A stretch of 64,000 bases of DNA from assembly GCF_018350175.1 (NCBI RefSeq), contig NC_058368.1:106208001-106272000 (forward strand), read 5' to 3'. The notes under the pieces are model-generated. The model was given only the letters and a program-made list of their open reading frames with translations. It was not told the origin of the DNA and made no database searches. The stretch comes from Felis catus. Taxonomy: Eukaryota. The translations under genes and the position numbers were made by a program. Positions 25,812 to 38,211 of the stretch are shown piece after piece. Positions within the stretch are counted from its first letter, which is position 1; each line of letters starts with the position of its first letter.

Positions 25812-25879
25812 AGCTTTGCACAGTGGCAGTATCGTAGCCAAAAAGGTTTATCTGAGGTGCGATTATTGCTAATTGAAAA
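25812..25879 (+). pseudogene. RNU4 (pseudogene): U4 snRNA retropseudogene, 3'-truncated (nt 1-68), no poly(A) tail
   Basis: AGCTTTGCACAGTGGCAGTATCGTAGCCAAAAAGGTTTATCTGAGGTGCGATTATTGCTAATTGAAAA matches the U4 5' half (about 5 mismatches against the remembered sequence); lacks the Sm site and 3' stem-loops; direct repeats at 25794-25810 and 25873-25889. Confidence 0.93.
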
Positions 25880-26247
25880 TGTACGAGTGGAGGGAGAAAA
25901 GAATGGTATATTTTTTCTTACCCTTATATTTTAAGATAAAAATTTACCGTTAGCATTTAGGTGATGTTCCATAAAAACAAGGACCAGGGCTGCTTGATTT
26001 TAGTTGAGCAATATTTCAGACATCATGCATCTTTGAGTTCGTAATGAATTTGAATCACATGTGAAAAGTGTATTGTGGTCATCATACTTCCTTGCATAGG
26101 TAATGTAAGAGTGAGCTAAGGTAATACATATAGGGTCGGAAGAGAGACTGATGCAGTGTCAAAGCCCTAGTGTGCTGTCTGGCATTCAACTGATAAGTAA
26201 GAAGCTGAAGAGGCAGGACATGCGGATAGAGCCATTCTTCTCTGCAT

Positions 26248-26500
26248 CAGAGTTTCTCAAGTGGGAGGGACCCTATTGACATTTTGAGCCCAATAATTCT
26301 TTGTGTCCTGCACATTGTAGCATGTTTAGCAACATGCCTGACCTTTGCCCACTAGATGCTAGTGGTGTATCTGCCCCTCCACTATCCCCCGCCCCCCACC
26401 TCCACCCCTCCTGGCCACCTGAAACCTTAGTTGTAACAATGAAGAACGTTGTGAACATATTGCAAAATCAGGGCAAATTCTCCCTGGTTGATAACCAATG
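26248..26500 (+). mobile_element. MER20 (hAT-Charlie non-autonomous element)
   Basis: Degenerate TIRs CAGAGTTTCTCAA / TTGATAACCAATG; TATTGACATTTTGAGCCCAATAATTCTTTG, CATTGTAGCATGTTTAGCA, CCCACTAGATGCTAG. Confidence 0.88.
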
Positions 26501-27383
26501 TCTGTGAAAAGCAGAGTTCATTGCTCCGTATCCTGTTCCCAGTTCAGGAGCCCTGCCTGTCAAGTTCACCCTTGGTTTGTTACACAATTAATGGCAGAAC
26601 TTCCCCATTCTATAAGAACATGGTCACTGTGTTTTTAGTAGTCATCCCAGAACTTACTGGAAGAAACTTCTTAATCATGCAAGTTGTTCCTAAATTAGAA
26701 TAAAATGAGAAGCAGAGAGAGAGATGGGAGGTGTGGTATTTAATTACATAGTGTCAGTGAATTCCATGTGGATTTGAAAAGAAATCACCACTTCAGGCAA
26801 ACATTTCATGCTTAACGATTATCCTTGTTTAACACAGAATGTCTCAAGTTATTTGTTCAGTTCCTAAAAATCAAGAATTATCAAACTGAAGTGAAATATG
26901 TACTTGAGGTAGAGAAATATTCTCCTTTTGTGCTAAGAATTCTATTTCCTTAATTGATGTTTAATATACACTGTGTAGAAGGATTAAAAAATACCAGTCG
27001 TTCTATAATGTAATTGCTCTCACAGACAAATGTTTATTTTTATTTTATTACCTTTATTTCTGAAGTCATAAAAGTTTTAAAAATTACTATAACCAAATGG
27101 CTAACAGATATAAGCAATAAAAGATATTAACGCTATTGCTGTGAACTATTAAAATAAAAACAAGTTTTTAAGATGTGCCAGTTGGTAGTTTAGTATATAT
27201 GAGATACACACATTGGAGCAGATTATATTTACAATTGCTCTGTCTTCATGACGATGTAAATGTGACTTAAATGTGGGTAGGGAAAGAAAATTTGTGATGT
27301 GATAGAAACCACTTAAAAGCATGAAGTTGAACAAAAATCAAAATGGCTGCATTAATGCTTCCAGGAGGCTCAATTTTTGGAAA

Positions 27384-27545
27384 CATTTTTATTTGTTTAT
27401 TTTAAAGAGCAAGAGAGCTCAAATGGGGAGAAGAGCTTGAATGGGGGGGAAAGGGGAGAGAGATAGAGAGTGGGGCTGAGAATATTAAGTAGGTTCCACT
27501 CTCAGCTCCATGGTCATGAAATCATGACCTGAGCCAAAATCAAGT
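27384..27545 (-). mobile_element. Partial older CanSINE
   Basis: TTTTTATTTGTTTATTTT...GAAATCATGACCTGAGCCAAAATCAAG. Confidence 0.8.
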
Positions 27546-27556
27546 CTCTCTCTCTC

Positions 27557-27768
27557 TTTTTTTTTAATGTTTATTCATTTTTGAGAGAGAGTGTGTGTGT
27601 GTGAACAGGGAGGAGCAGAGAGAGAGGGAGACAGAATCAGAAGCAGGTTCCAGGCTCTGAGCTGTCAGCACAGAGCCTGACGCGGGGCTCAAACTCACAA
27701 GCCTCGAAGTTGGATGCTTAACACAACTGAAGTTGGATGCTTAACCGACTGAGCCACCCAGGCGCCCC
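27557..27768 (-). mobile_element. CanSINE with an internal duplication and deletion
   Basis: Ends CCACCCAGGCGCCCC; GAAGTTGGATGCTTAAC occurs at 27706-27722 and 27729-27745. Confidence 0.92.
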
Positions 27769-28334
27769 TTGATTTTGAACCTAAGTAACTTTTTCCCTCT
27801 GTGCCACACACCTCCCCTCCTCCCTTCTGAGGCTTTTGTTTCAGGAGCCCAGTACCACTCTGAAAACAAGAGTAAGGAGGCTGGCTGCACAAACACAATT
27901 CCTGCTGAAACCGGCTAGATTCTCCACCCCCTATAAAACCCCACGGCCCCTTGGTTGGCAGGGGCTTGTAGCTTTGAAGGCCTTAGTCTGCTGCCGTCTC
28001 CTTTGCCCCACAAAGCAATGAAGCTCTTGTTCCTCTTTATGCCCAAACTGTCTTCACCTTACGTATTTGGACTCCAGAGCACAGAGGTCGGTTTTTGACA
28101 TCATTATCACGAGGAAAGTCCAAATGTTCTCCGCTCTATGCAAACAACTAGGTTAGTGCATACCTGGATTAGTTATTTCTTTATTTATACTCATCTTTGA
28201 CTCAAAATCAGTTGAGTTAGCTTGTATAAAATACAGCAACATGACTCAAATGCTTAAAGTGTAAATGGAAAAAAGCCAAAACAAAATCCGAGAAACATAA
28301 AATAAGGTTAATAAAAGCCTAGTTTAAAAAATAC

Positions 28335-28460
28335 CATTATAAAATGAACTTCATTGTGGTAATCATTTCACAATGTATACACGTATCAAATCATCATGTT
28401 GTACACTTGAAATATATATGGTTTTGTCAATTATACCCTAATAAAACTGGAACAATAAAT
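28335..28460 (+). mobile_element. Old L1 3' terminus
   Basis: TTGTGGTAATCATTTCACAATGTATACACGTATCAAATCATCATGTTGTACAC...AATAAAACTGG. Confidence 0.8.
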
Positions 28461-28674
28461 AAGCTGAAATAATTCTTTTTGTATCTACAAAACCAAAGGA
28501 CAAAAGATCCGAATAGATAGTTCTTCAAAGAAGATACACATATTGAACTTAGTTGAATACACGCTCAACATAGTTACTGACCGTCAAAGTCCTTGACAAG
28601 TTGTACATACAGGTTATACCACAGTTCTAACTCCTCTGCTATCCAATATGGCATTTGCATAAAAACAGTTATGT

Positions 28675-28790
28675 AGGTGTGGGTGGCTCCATCAGAACAG
28701 CATGTGACTCTTGATCTCGGGGTCATGAGTTCAAGCCCCACATTTGGTGTAAACATTGCTTAAATAAATAATAAGCTTAAAAAAACAACA
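28675..28790 (+). mobile_element. Short old CanSINE
   Basis: GGGTGGCTCC...GACTCTTGATCTCGGGGTCATGAGTTCAAGCCCCAC plus A tail. Confidence 0.85.
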
Positions 28791-28815
28791 ACCGAAAAAC
28801 CCCGCCCCCCCCCCC

Positions 28816-28846
<31 letters not shown>

Positions 28847-28847
28847 C

Positions 28848-29055
28848 GGGCCCCTGGGTGGCTCAGTCAGTTAAGCATGTGACTCTTGATCTTGCCTCAG
28901 CTCATGATCTCACAGTTTGTGAGATCGAGCCCCATGCTGGGCTCTGCAGCTGACAGCCTGGAGCCTGCTTGGGATATCCTGTCCCACTTTCTCTGCCCCC
29001 TCCTTTGCTTGTGCTTTCTCTCTCTCAAAATAAATAAATAAACTTAAAAAAAGAA
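28848..29055 (+). mobile_element. CanSINE
   Basis: GGGCCCCTGGGTGGCTCAGTCAGTTAAGC head, CT tract, A tail; preceded by a C-run and a ~29-nt A-run. Confidence 0.92.
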
Positions 29056-29059
29056 AAAC

Positions 29060-29568
29060 CAGATGCATCGGTCAATGGAACAGAAAAGACAGTACAGAAA
29101 TAAACCCACACATATGTGGGCATTATGCTAAGTGAAATAAGTCAGAGAAAGAGAAATACTGTATGATCTGTCTTATATGTGCAATCTAAAAGAAAAACAA
29201 AAACTGAGCTCACAAGTACAGAGAACATATTGGGATGTAGAGGATAGGTGAAATGGGCGAATTTGGTCAAAAGGCATAAACTTCCAGTTTAAAAAAGAAT
29301 AATTTCTGATGAAGTGTTGTACATTGTACATTGTGTACAACATGATGACCATAGGTAATAATACCATATTGTATATGTAAAGTTGCTAAGAGGGTAAATC
29401 TTAAAAGTTCTCAGCACAAGAAAAAATTTTATAACTCTATGTGGTGATGAATGTTAACTAGACTTATTGAGGTGATTATTCTGATACATATACATATATT
29501 GAATCATCATGTAGTACACCTAAAACTGATGTAATGTTTTATGTCAGTTATGTCTCAAAAAAAAAAAG
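29060..29568 (+). mobile_element. L1MA-type 3' end
   Basis: GCATTATGCTAAGTGAAATAAGTCAGAGAAAG, AAGTTGCTAAGAGGGTAAATCTTAAAAGTTCTCA, TGTAGTACACCTAAAACT, A tail. Confidence 0.85.
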
Positions 29569-29654
29569 TTTTTTTAAAAGAGAGATCTACTATTCTCACC
29601 TTTTCTAAAATCACTTTCTGAGGAAAAACTTCTTCTTCATTTTTATGATATTTT

Positions 29655-29699
29655 ATCTTTTTATTTTATTTTATTTTATTTTATTTTTAATGATTATTT

Positions 29700-29741
<42 letters not shown>

Positions 29742-29917
29742 GAGTACGTGAGTGGGGGATGGGCAGAGAGCAAGAGTGGGAGAGAGAGAATCCGAAACAA
29801 GCTCTGCACTGTCAGCTCAGAGCCCAGCACGGGGCTCGACCCCATGAACTAAGATATTATGACCTGAGCCTAAATCAAGACCCAGATGCTCAACTGACTG
29901 AGCCACCCAGGCGCCCC
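29655..29917 (-). mobile_element. CanSINE with (TTTTA)n tail and (GA)n
   Basis: Ends GAGCCACCCAGGCGCCCC. Confidence 0.93.
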
Positions 29918-30552
29918 TATTTTCTCTTTTTAAAGTGTCATTGTTCTATTTCAGATAATACCAGGGATTTGCTCATATGGCACATATTTATTTATATACT
30001 AGCGAACCTCCTTGTTTGTGTAGAAGGCAGCTCCCCGAAGGCAATGATGATTGGATGATAATGTGAAAGAATAATGACAATGATTATAAGCTCAGCGTTC
30101 ATGTTTTGTGTTATTCCAACATGTCTGCACAATGCAGTAAAATTATCTCTATTATTTAGCTCCGTAGTTAGGTTAAAGTAGATCCTCAAATAATTCTATT
30201 TGCTGAAAAATGTACAGTCTTATTGCTTTATTGGAAATCACCTACCTGTTGTGTATTAACATTAGCCTCATGTGTGACTACTCTTTTGTTTTCCTGCAGC
30301 ACAAAGAAGATGCCATTTGCATTCACACTGAACCTCCTCCATTCGATTCAAGACTGTATTCTTGGTGCTGCATGGAATGCATAAAGGACCGAGGCAGTGT
30401 CTGACTTCAAGGATCTGGCCATCAAATCGTAAGGATAAAACAAGAGCACGGTATAAATCAGATAATAAAAACCGTAATTGGAGGCACACACGATATGCTA
30501 TGGAATTTGACGTAAGGACACATCACATCAGGTTACAAGTTAAAGGAAAGTT

Positions 30553-30706
30553 GGGGCGCCTGTCCGACTTCAGCTCAGGTCATGATCTCATGGTTTGTGA
30601 GTTGGAGCCCGCTTCAGGCTCTGTGCTGACAGCTCAGAGCCTGGAGCCTGCTTCAGATTCTATGTCTCCCACCTCTCTCTCTCTCTGCCCCTCCTCTGCT
30701 CATTCT

Positions 30707-30763
<57 letters not shown>

Positions 30764-30790
30764 CCCCCCTCAAAAATAAATAAAAAGAAA
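30553..30790 (+). mobile_element. CanSINE with a deleted A-box segment and expanded (CT)n
   Basis: GGGGCGCCTG joined directly to TCCGACTTCAG; flanks TTAAAGGAAAG. Confidence 0.92.
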
Positions 30791-30837
30791 TTAAAGGAAA
30801 GATTTCATGAGATAGGTGGCATGTCATTTAGGGACTC

Positions 30838-31535
30838 TGTGGCAGAAACTATTAGTTGTCTACCTACATATCCACAATCCCCCTTCCTTCTTAGTTCAGT
30901 ATCCTGAATTTTAGCTGAGCCTGTTGATGCATGGAAAGACCACATTTCCCAGCCTCCCTTAAAGTGAGGTGCAGTCATGTGACCAAGCACTGGCTGGTGA
31001 GATGTCCACAGAAGTGTGATGTGTGATTTCTGTGAAGGATGTTCAAAGAGTAGCTGACTTGCAGGAAGGAGTTTCTTTTTATTGTTCTGCCTTTTTGTCT
31101 TCTGGCCCACAACTCAGATATAATGGCTGAAGTTACACAGACCGTTTTAGGTCTCGATGTGTCGTGAATGTAGCAACCTTATGCTAACCTGGTAGAAGAG
31201 AACAACAGGAGTTGGGGTTTCTGATGAAAACATGGGATGGACTTCTTACCAGGCCACCTGGGTGGCTCAGTCAGTTAGGCATCCAACTTCAGCTCAGGTC
31301 ATGATCTCACAGTTTGTGAGCTTGAACCCCACGTGGGTTCTCTGGTGTCAGTGCAGAGTGCACTTTGGGTCCAGTGTCCCCTTCTCTCTCTGTGCACCTC
31401 CCTTCACCGTCTCTCAAAAATAAATAAACATTAAAAAATAAGACGGACTTCCTACCTTCAGATTTGTTTTACATGAGAATAAAGTCAACTTTATATTTAT
31501 GTAACCCCTACTGTTAAGGTATATTCTGGTCCCTA
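30838..31535 (+). mobile_element. ERVL-MaLR LTR (MLT1J/K-like) interrupted by a SINE
   Basis: TGTGGCAGA start; ACATTTCCCAGCCTCCCTT, CATGTGACCAAG, ATGGCTGAAG, ACATGAGAATAAA motifs. Confidence 0.8.
31251..31440 (+). mobile_element. CanSINE
   Basis: TSD GA(T/C)GGACTTC(T/C)TACC on both flanks. Confidence 0.92.
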
Positions 31536-31739
31536 AAGATCATAACACTATAAGCTGTAGACATTTTCATTAAAGGGAGGCAGAGAGGAAAGTTGTTTTA
31601 GCAAAGAAAGTAACACTCTATTGGGAGATTGTATAATTTTACCTCTTTTCTCATTTTGATAATTTCTTAAAGCCTCTGGTAGTATTTCTTGTGGTCCTCT
31701 TGCCTTCCAACAATACTTCAACTTCAAGAGAGGCAGTTT

Positions 31740-31940
31740 TACTCAGTGATTAAGGTTGCAGACTGTTGAGTCAGACTACATGGTTAAAATCCCAGCTTGA
31801 CCTCCCATGAGCTGTATGACAGGAGCAATTATTTAACCTTCCCCAGCTTTCTCATTTGCATAGTGTAAAAGGTGATAAAACCTATTTCCTAACGTTTTTT
31901 GTAAAGATTGATCAGTAAAGCCTGTAATAATAAATGTCAG
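31740..31940 (+). mobile_element. MIR
   Basis: GAGTCAGACT...AAATCCCAGCT...AGCTGTATGAC...ATTATTTAACCT...TTTCTCATTTG core. Confidence 0.75.
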
Positions 31941-33079
31941 AGAGAAATGTGGCTCTATCATTCCAGAATGATATGTCGAGTGTTCGTTGAATATCAAGCT
32001 CTATACTCAACCCGGGAACTCAGAGTTAAATACATCACATTCCTTACTCTCTGGAAGTTTACAGTCTAGTGATCTGTGAGAGAAAATGTGTTTGCATATC
32101 AGGGATGATTCTCTCTGTAGTTCCGTGTCCTGTGAACCGCACCACACTATGCAGTTCTGAGGTATAGAACAGTGTTTATTCAGCAGACGAACCATGCAGT
32201 TCAGTGCGTGCTCCAATGCCAAGAAAAGATGTTCTGGCATGGACCACAAGAAGATCAACGTGACAATATCATGAGATTATCCCCCCTACAAAAAGGAAGA
32301 ACAGACTATCTCTCACTGTGTTCAGGTTAATGGTAACTCCGTTTGGGGGAGACCTAAAAATGACTAATGTCAGAGTACAATGGCATTAAAGGTGTCTAGT
32401 GTTACTAGATAACAATTTGTGCAAATGACAAATGACAAAGCGGTCCTGACACGTCTCTACTGCCTGTCCGTGTGTTTGTACTGAGAGATACTTCCTCTTT
32501 TGTGCACATGACTTTTCATCAACCTCCACTTCCACTTGGAAGTATGGAGGAAATTGCCAAATCATTAGGAAGTCTGTCAGTTCTTTGGAAATTGCAGATA
32601 TTTATTAGAGAAATAATAAATACGTGTAGCCTACCTGACTCATAATGTGCCTCATTAGAGCAGCATTATAGCATAACGTGACACTAGCATTGTGCTCTAA
32701 GCTCTCCCAGGGGAAATTCATAACGTATTCTAACTTCAGATGACAAAAACCACGTCCCACTGCTGTAACCCTTTCCAACACTACCTCCCCAATCACTGGG
32801 AATGACTATTGAGACCCGGATGAAGAGTTGCAGCCATCTGGGGCTTGGGTAAAGGACAGTTGGAAGAGGGCAACGACAGTTCTCAGGTCCTTTGTTCTGC
32901 ATCATCTCCAAATTACATTACTTACAGAGCCCTGACGGTGACCCACATGTTTTCAGTTCTGCTGCCCTGATCTGTCCCTTCTGCCCCCGGTCTGTCTCCA
33001 CTCCCAGGTCACAATCGTGAAAAACTGAAGTTATTCTCTAGTCTCCAAATGCCTGAATCCAAGTGTATAGTCCTTTGGA

Positions 33080-33318
33080 GCAATGGTTTTCAAGCTTTTA
33101 TTTACTATGACCCACAGCATTTTACATTGTAATTAAATAAATATGTACCTATATATTTACATAACTGAAACTGTTTTAGGGAAGAAAACTCATCACACTG
33201 GGCGATAGGCACGTTGATCATTTGTATTTCCTTCTAGCATATTGAAAAAAATCAGCTCACTAAATTGATTTAATGACAGATTTAGAGATCACATCTCACT
33301 GTATCAAGAACCCTTATT
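33080..33318. mobile_element. hAT-Charlie non-autonomous element (MER113-like)
   Basis: CAATGGTTTTCAAGCTTTT...ATGACCCACAG start; CACTAAATTGATTT near the end. Confidence 0.55.
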
Positions 33319-33345
33319 GGAAGATTTTAAAAATATTTTATAACT

Positions 33346-33371
33346 TCTTTTTTTAATGGTTATATTTATTT

Positions 33372-33423
<52 letters not shown>

Positions 33424-33584
33424 ATACTCTTGTGAGAGGAAGAGAGAGACGGAGAGAGGGAGAATCTGCACTGTCAGCACAGAGCCTGCCCAACACAGGG
33501 CTCTAACCTATGAACCTGAGAAATCATGACGTGAGCCGAAATCAAGAGTCAGACGTTTAACCAACTGAGCCACCCAGGTGCCCC
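33346..33584 (-). mobile_element. CanSINE with ~50-bp (GA)n
   Basis: Ends GAGCCACCCAGGTGCCCC. Confidence 0.93.
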
Positions 33585-34352
33585 AACATTTTAATAATAA
33601 ATCTAAAAACATTAGCTTGAAACTAATAAATAGGGAAATTCACAAAACTCAGGTCATCTAAAGTGTCCCTCTACTGGGCCTTTTACTTTACTTCTGCCTG
33701 CTTAGTTATTGAAGCTCTTTCCTACTTTTGGGGAATTCTCCGCCTCATGATGCTTGGGGAGGCAGGACCCATCTCCTACTACGAAGTCTCCATTGTCCAA
33801 ACACTGTTCTTTCTCCAGGCCCTAGAAGTGAGGGATGGGTACAACCCTACAAGCCCTTGGTCTAGAGCAAGAATTCATCTGGCAGCTTACAAGGCCTTTG
33901 ACTGGTGCATCAGTGTACCCTGTCTGGTGCCACATGGAACTGGGTGTCTGGTACTATACCTCACACACAGTTGGAAAGAGAGCAGTGCCTACCTCCACAT
34001 GGTGCTTGGTCAAGGTGTGGTTTTAGCTGTACCCATCGTGTCCAAACTCCTTTGGCTCTTGCCTTGGCTTTGTCCAGTTCTCTAGACTTTCTGGCAATTC
34101 CTTTTCTGTTTGTTTATTTATTTATTTTTTCAGTATATGAAATTTATTGTCAAATTGGTTTCCATACAACACCCAGTGCTCATCCCAAAAGATGCCGTCT
34201 TCAATACCCATCACCCACCCTCCCCTCCCTCCCACCCCCCATCAGCCCTCAGTTTGTTCTCAGTTTTTAAGAGTCTCTTATGCTTTGGCTCTCTTCCACT
34301 CTAACCTCTTTTTTTTCTTTTTTTTTTCCTTCCCCTCCCCCATGGGTTTCTG

Positions 34353-37300
34353 TTAAGTTTCTCTGGATCCACCTAAGAGTGAAAACATATGGTATCTGTC
34401 TTTCTCTGTATGGCTTATTTCACTTAGCATAACACTCTCCAGTTCCATCCATGTTGCTACAAAGGGCCATATTTCATTCTTTCTCATTGCCGTGTAGTAC
34501 TCCATCATGTATATAAACCACAATTTCTTTATCCATTCATCAGTTGATGGACATTTAGGCTCTTTCCATAATTTGGCTATTGTTGAGAGTGCTGCTATAA
34601 ACATTGGGGTACAAGTGCCCCTATGCATCAGTACTCCTTTATCCCTTGGGTAAATTCCTAGCAGTGCTACTGCTGGGTCATAGGGTAGGTCTATTTCTAA
34701 TGTTTTGAGGAACCTCCACACTGTTTTCCAGAGCGGCTGCACCAGTTTGCATTCCCACCAACAGTGCAAGAGGGTTCCCACTTCTCCACATCCTCTCCAG
34801 CATCTATAGTCTCCTGATTTGTTCATTTTGGCCACTCTGACTGGTGTGAGATGATATCTGAGTGTGGTTTTGATTTGTATTTCCCTCATGAGGAGCGACT
34901 CTGAGCATCTTTTCATGTGCCTGTTGGCCATCCAGATATCTTCTTTAGAGAAGTGTTTATTCATGTTTTCTGCCCATTTCTTCACTGGGTTATTTGTTTT
35001 TTGGGTGTGGAGTTTGGTGAGCTCTTTATAGATTTTGGATACTAGCCCTTTATCTGATATGTCATTTGCAAATATCTTTCCCCATTCCATTGGTTGACTT
35101 TTAGTTTTGTTGACTGTTTCCTTTGCTGTGCAGAAGTGTTTTATCTTCATGAGGTCCCAATAGTTCATTTTTGCTTTTAATTCTCTTGCCTTTGGGGATG
35201 TGTCAAGTAAGAAATTGCTACAGCTGAGGTCAGAGAGGTCTTTTCCTGCTTTCTCCTCGAGGGTTTTGATGGTTTCCTGTCTCACATTCAGGTCCTTTAT
35301 CCATTTTGAGTTTATTTTTGTGAATGGTGTGAGAAAGTGGTCTAGTTTCAACCTTCTGCATGTTGCTGTCCAGTTCTCCCAGCACCATTTGTTAAAGAGA
35401 CTGTCTTTTTTCCATTGGATATTCTTTCCTGCTTTGTCAAAGATTAGTTGGCCATACTTTTGTGGGTCTAGTTCTGGGGTTTCTATTCTATTCCATTAGC
35501 CTATGTGTCTGTTTTTGTGCTAATACCATGCTGTCTTGATGATGACAGCTTTGTAGTAGAGGCTAAAGTCTGGGATTGTGATGCCTCCTGCTTTGATCTT
35601 CTTCTTCAAATTACTTTGGCTATTTGGGGCCTTTTGTGGTTCCATATGAATTTTAGGATTGCTTGTTCTAGCTTCGAGAAGAATGCTGGTGCAATTTTGA
35701 TTGGGATTGCATTGAATGTGTAGATAGCTTTGGGTAGTATTGACATTTTGACAATATTTATTCTTACAACCAATGAACACGGAATGTTTTTCCATTTCTT
35801 TATATCTTCTTCAATTTCCTTCATAAGCTTTCTATAGTTTTCAGCATACAGGTCTTTTACATCTTTGGTTAGGTTTATTCCTAGGTATTTTATGCTTCTT
35901 GGTGCAATTGTGAATGGGATAAGTTTCTTTATTTGTCTTTCTGTTGCTTCATTATTAGTGTATAAGAATGTAACTGATTTTTGTACATTGATTTTGTATC
36001 CTGCAACCTTGCTAAATTTATGTATCAGTTCTAGCAGACTTTTGGTGGAGTCTGTTGGGTTTTCCATGTATAGTATCATGTCATCTGCAAAAAGGGAAAG
36101 CTTGACTTCATCTTTGCCAATTTTGATGCCTTTGATTTCCTTTTGTTGTCTGATTGCTGATGCTAGAACTTCCAACACTATGTTAAACAACAGCGGTGAG
36201 AGTGGACATCCCTGTCGTGTTCCTGATCTCAGGGAAAAAGTTCTCAGATTTTCCCCATTAAGGATGATGTTAGCTGTGGGCTTTTCATAAATGGCCTTTA
36301 TGACCTTTAAGTATGTTCCTTCTATCCCGACTTTCTCAAGGGTTTTTATTAAGGAAGAATGCTGAATTTTGTCAAATGCTTTTTCTGCATCAACTGACAG
36401 GATCATATGATTCTTATCTTTTCTTTTATGTATCATGTTGATTGATTTGTGAATGTTGAACCAGCCCTGCATCCCAGGAATGAATCCCATTTGATCATGG
36501 TGAATAATTCTTTTTATATGCTATTGAATTCGATTTGCTAGTATCTTATTGAGAATTTTTGCATCCATATTCATCAGGGATATTGGCCTGTAGTTCTTTT
36601 TTTAGTGGGTCTCTGTCTGGTTTAGGAATCAAAGTAATACTGGCTTCATAGAATGAGTCTGGAAGTTTTCCTTCCCTTTCTATTTTTTGGAATAGCTTGA
36701 GAAGGATAGGTATTATCTCTGCTTTAAACGTCTGGTAGAACTCCCCTGGGAAGCCATCTGGTCCTGGACTCTTATTTGTTGGGAGATTCTTGATAACAGA
36801 TTGAATTTCTTCGCTGGTTATAGGTCTGTTCAAGCTTTCTATTTCCTCCTGATTGAGTTTTGGAAGTGTGTGGGTGTTCAGGAATTTGTCCATTTCTTCC
36901 AGGTTGTCCAGTTTGTTGGCATATAATTTTTCATAGTATTCCATGATAATTGCTTGTATTTCTGAGGGATTGGTTGTAATAATTCCATTTTCATTCATTA
37001 TTTTATCTATTTGGGTCATCTGCATTTTCTTTTTGAGAAGCCTGGCTAGAGGTTTATCAATTGTGTTTATTTTTTCAAAAAACCAGCTCTTGGTTTCATT
37101 GATCTGCTCTACAGTTTTTTTAGATTCTATATTGTTTATTTCTGCTCTGATCTTTATTATTTTTCTTCTTCTACTGGGTTTAGGGTGTTTTGTTGTTCTG
37201 CTTCTATTTCCTTTAGGTGTGCTGTTAGATTTTGTATTTGGGATTTTTCTTGTTTCTGGAGATAGGCCTGGATTGCAATGAATTTTCCTCTCAGGACTGC

Positions 37301-38161
37301 CTTTGCTGCATCTCAAAGCGTTTGGATTGTTGTAGTTTCATTTTCATTTGTTTCCATATATTTTTTAATTTCTTCTCTAATTGCCTGGTTGACCCATTCA
37401 TTCTTTAGTAGGGTGTTCTTTAACCTCCACGCTTTTGGAGGTTTTCCAGACTTTTTCCTGTGGTTGATTTCAAGCTTCATAGCATTGTGGTCTGAAAGTA
37501 TGCACGGTATGATCTCAATTCTGGTTGAGGGCTGTTTTGTGACCCAGTATGTGATCTATCTTGGAGAATGTTCCATGTGCACTCGAGAAGAAAGTGTATT
37601 CTGTTGTTTTGGGATGCAGAGTTCTAAATGTATCTGTCAAGTCCATCTGATCCAATGTATCATTCAGGGCCCTTATTTCTTTATTGACCGTGTGTCTAGA
37701 TGATCTATCCATTTCTGCAAGTGGGGTATTAAAGTCCCCTGCAATTACCACATTCTTATCAATAAGGTTGCTTATGATTGTAATTGTTTTATATATTTGG
37801 GGGCTCCCATATTCGGCACATAGACATTTATAATTATTAGCTCTTCCTGATGGATAGACCATGTAATTATTATATAATGCCCTTCTTCATCTCTTGTTAC
37901 AGCCTTTAATTTAAAGTCTAGTTTGTCTGATATAAGTATGGCTACTCCAGCTTTCTTTTGACTTCCAGTAGCATGATAAATAGTTCTCCATCCCTTCATG
38001 TTCAATCTGAAGGTGTCCTCAGGTCTAAAATTAGTCTCTTGTAGACAGCAAATAGATGGGTCTTGTTTTTTTATCCACTCTGTTACCCTATGTCTTTTAG
38101 TTGGCGCATTGAGTCCATTTACATTCAGTGTTATTATAGAAAGATATGGGTTTAGAGTCAT
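34353..38161 (-). pseudogene. L1 ORF2 (endonuclease/reverse transcriptase), frameshifted
   Basis: APE endonuclease motifs (TLNVNGLN, CCLQET, GDFNTPL), SPGPDGF, QGCPLSP, FADD and C-terminal CWRGC...HCWWEC spread across several ORF fragments. Confidence 0.96.
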
Positions 38162-38211
38162 TGTGATGTGCATAGGTTTCATGCTTGTAGCGATGTCTCT
38201 GGTACTTTATC

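Larger units (their letters stand above)
27298..28102 (+). mobile_element. Solo ERV1-like LTR interrupted by two SINEs
   Basis: 3' part (27790-28102) has CCCCTATAAAACCCC (TATA), a CAATGAAGC poly(A)-like signal and a ...TTTTGACA end; 5' part (TGATAGAAACC...CAAAATGG) less certain. Confidence 0.6.

Noticed and set aside
25812..25879. Functional U4 snRNA gene
   Set aside because: Only the 5' half is present; no Sm site, CpG decay, TSD-flanked, and no evident snRNA promoter
30362..30907. 181-aa ORF (and the 161-aa ORF at 14678, 140-aa ORF at 33663)
   Set aside because: They run through SINE, L2, MIR or LTR sequence and microsatellites; chance ORFs
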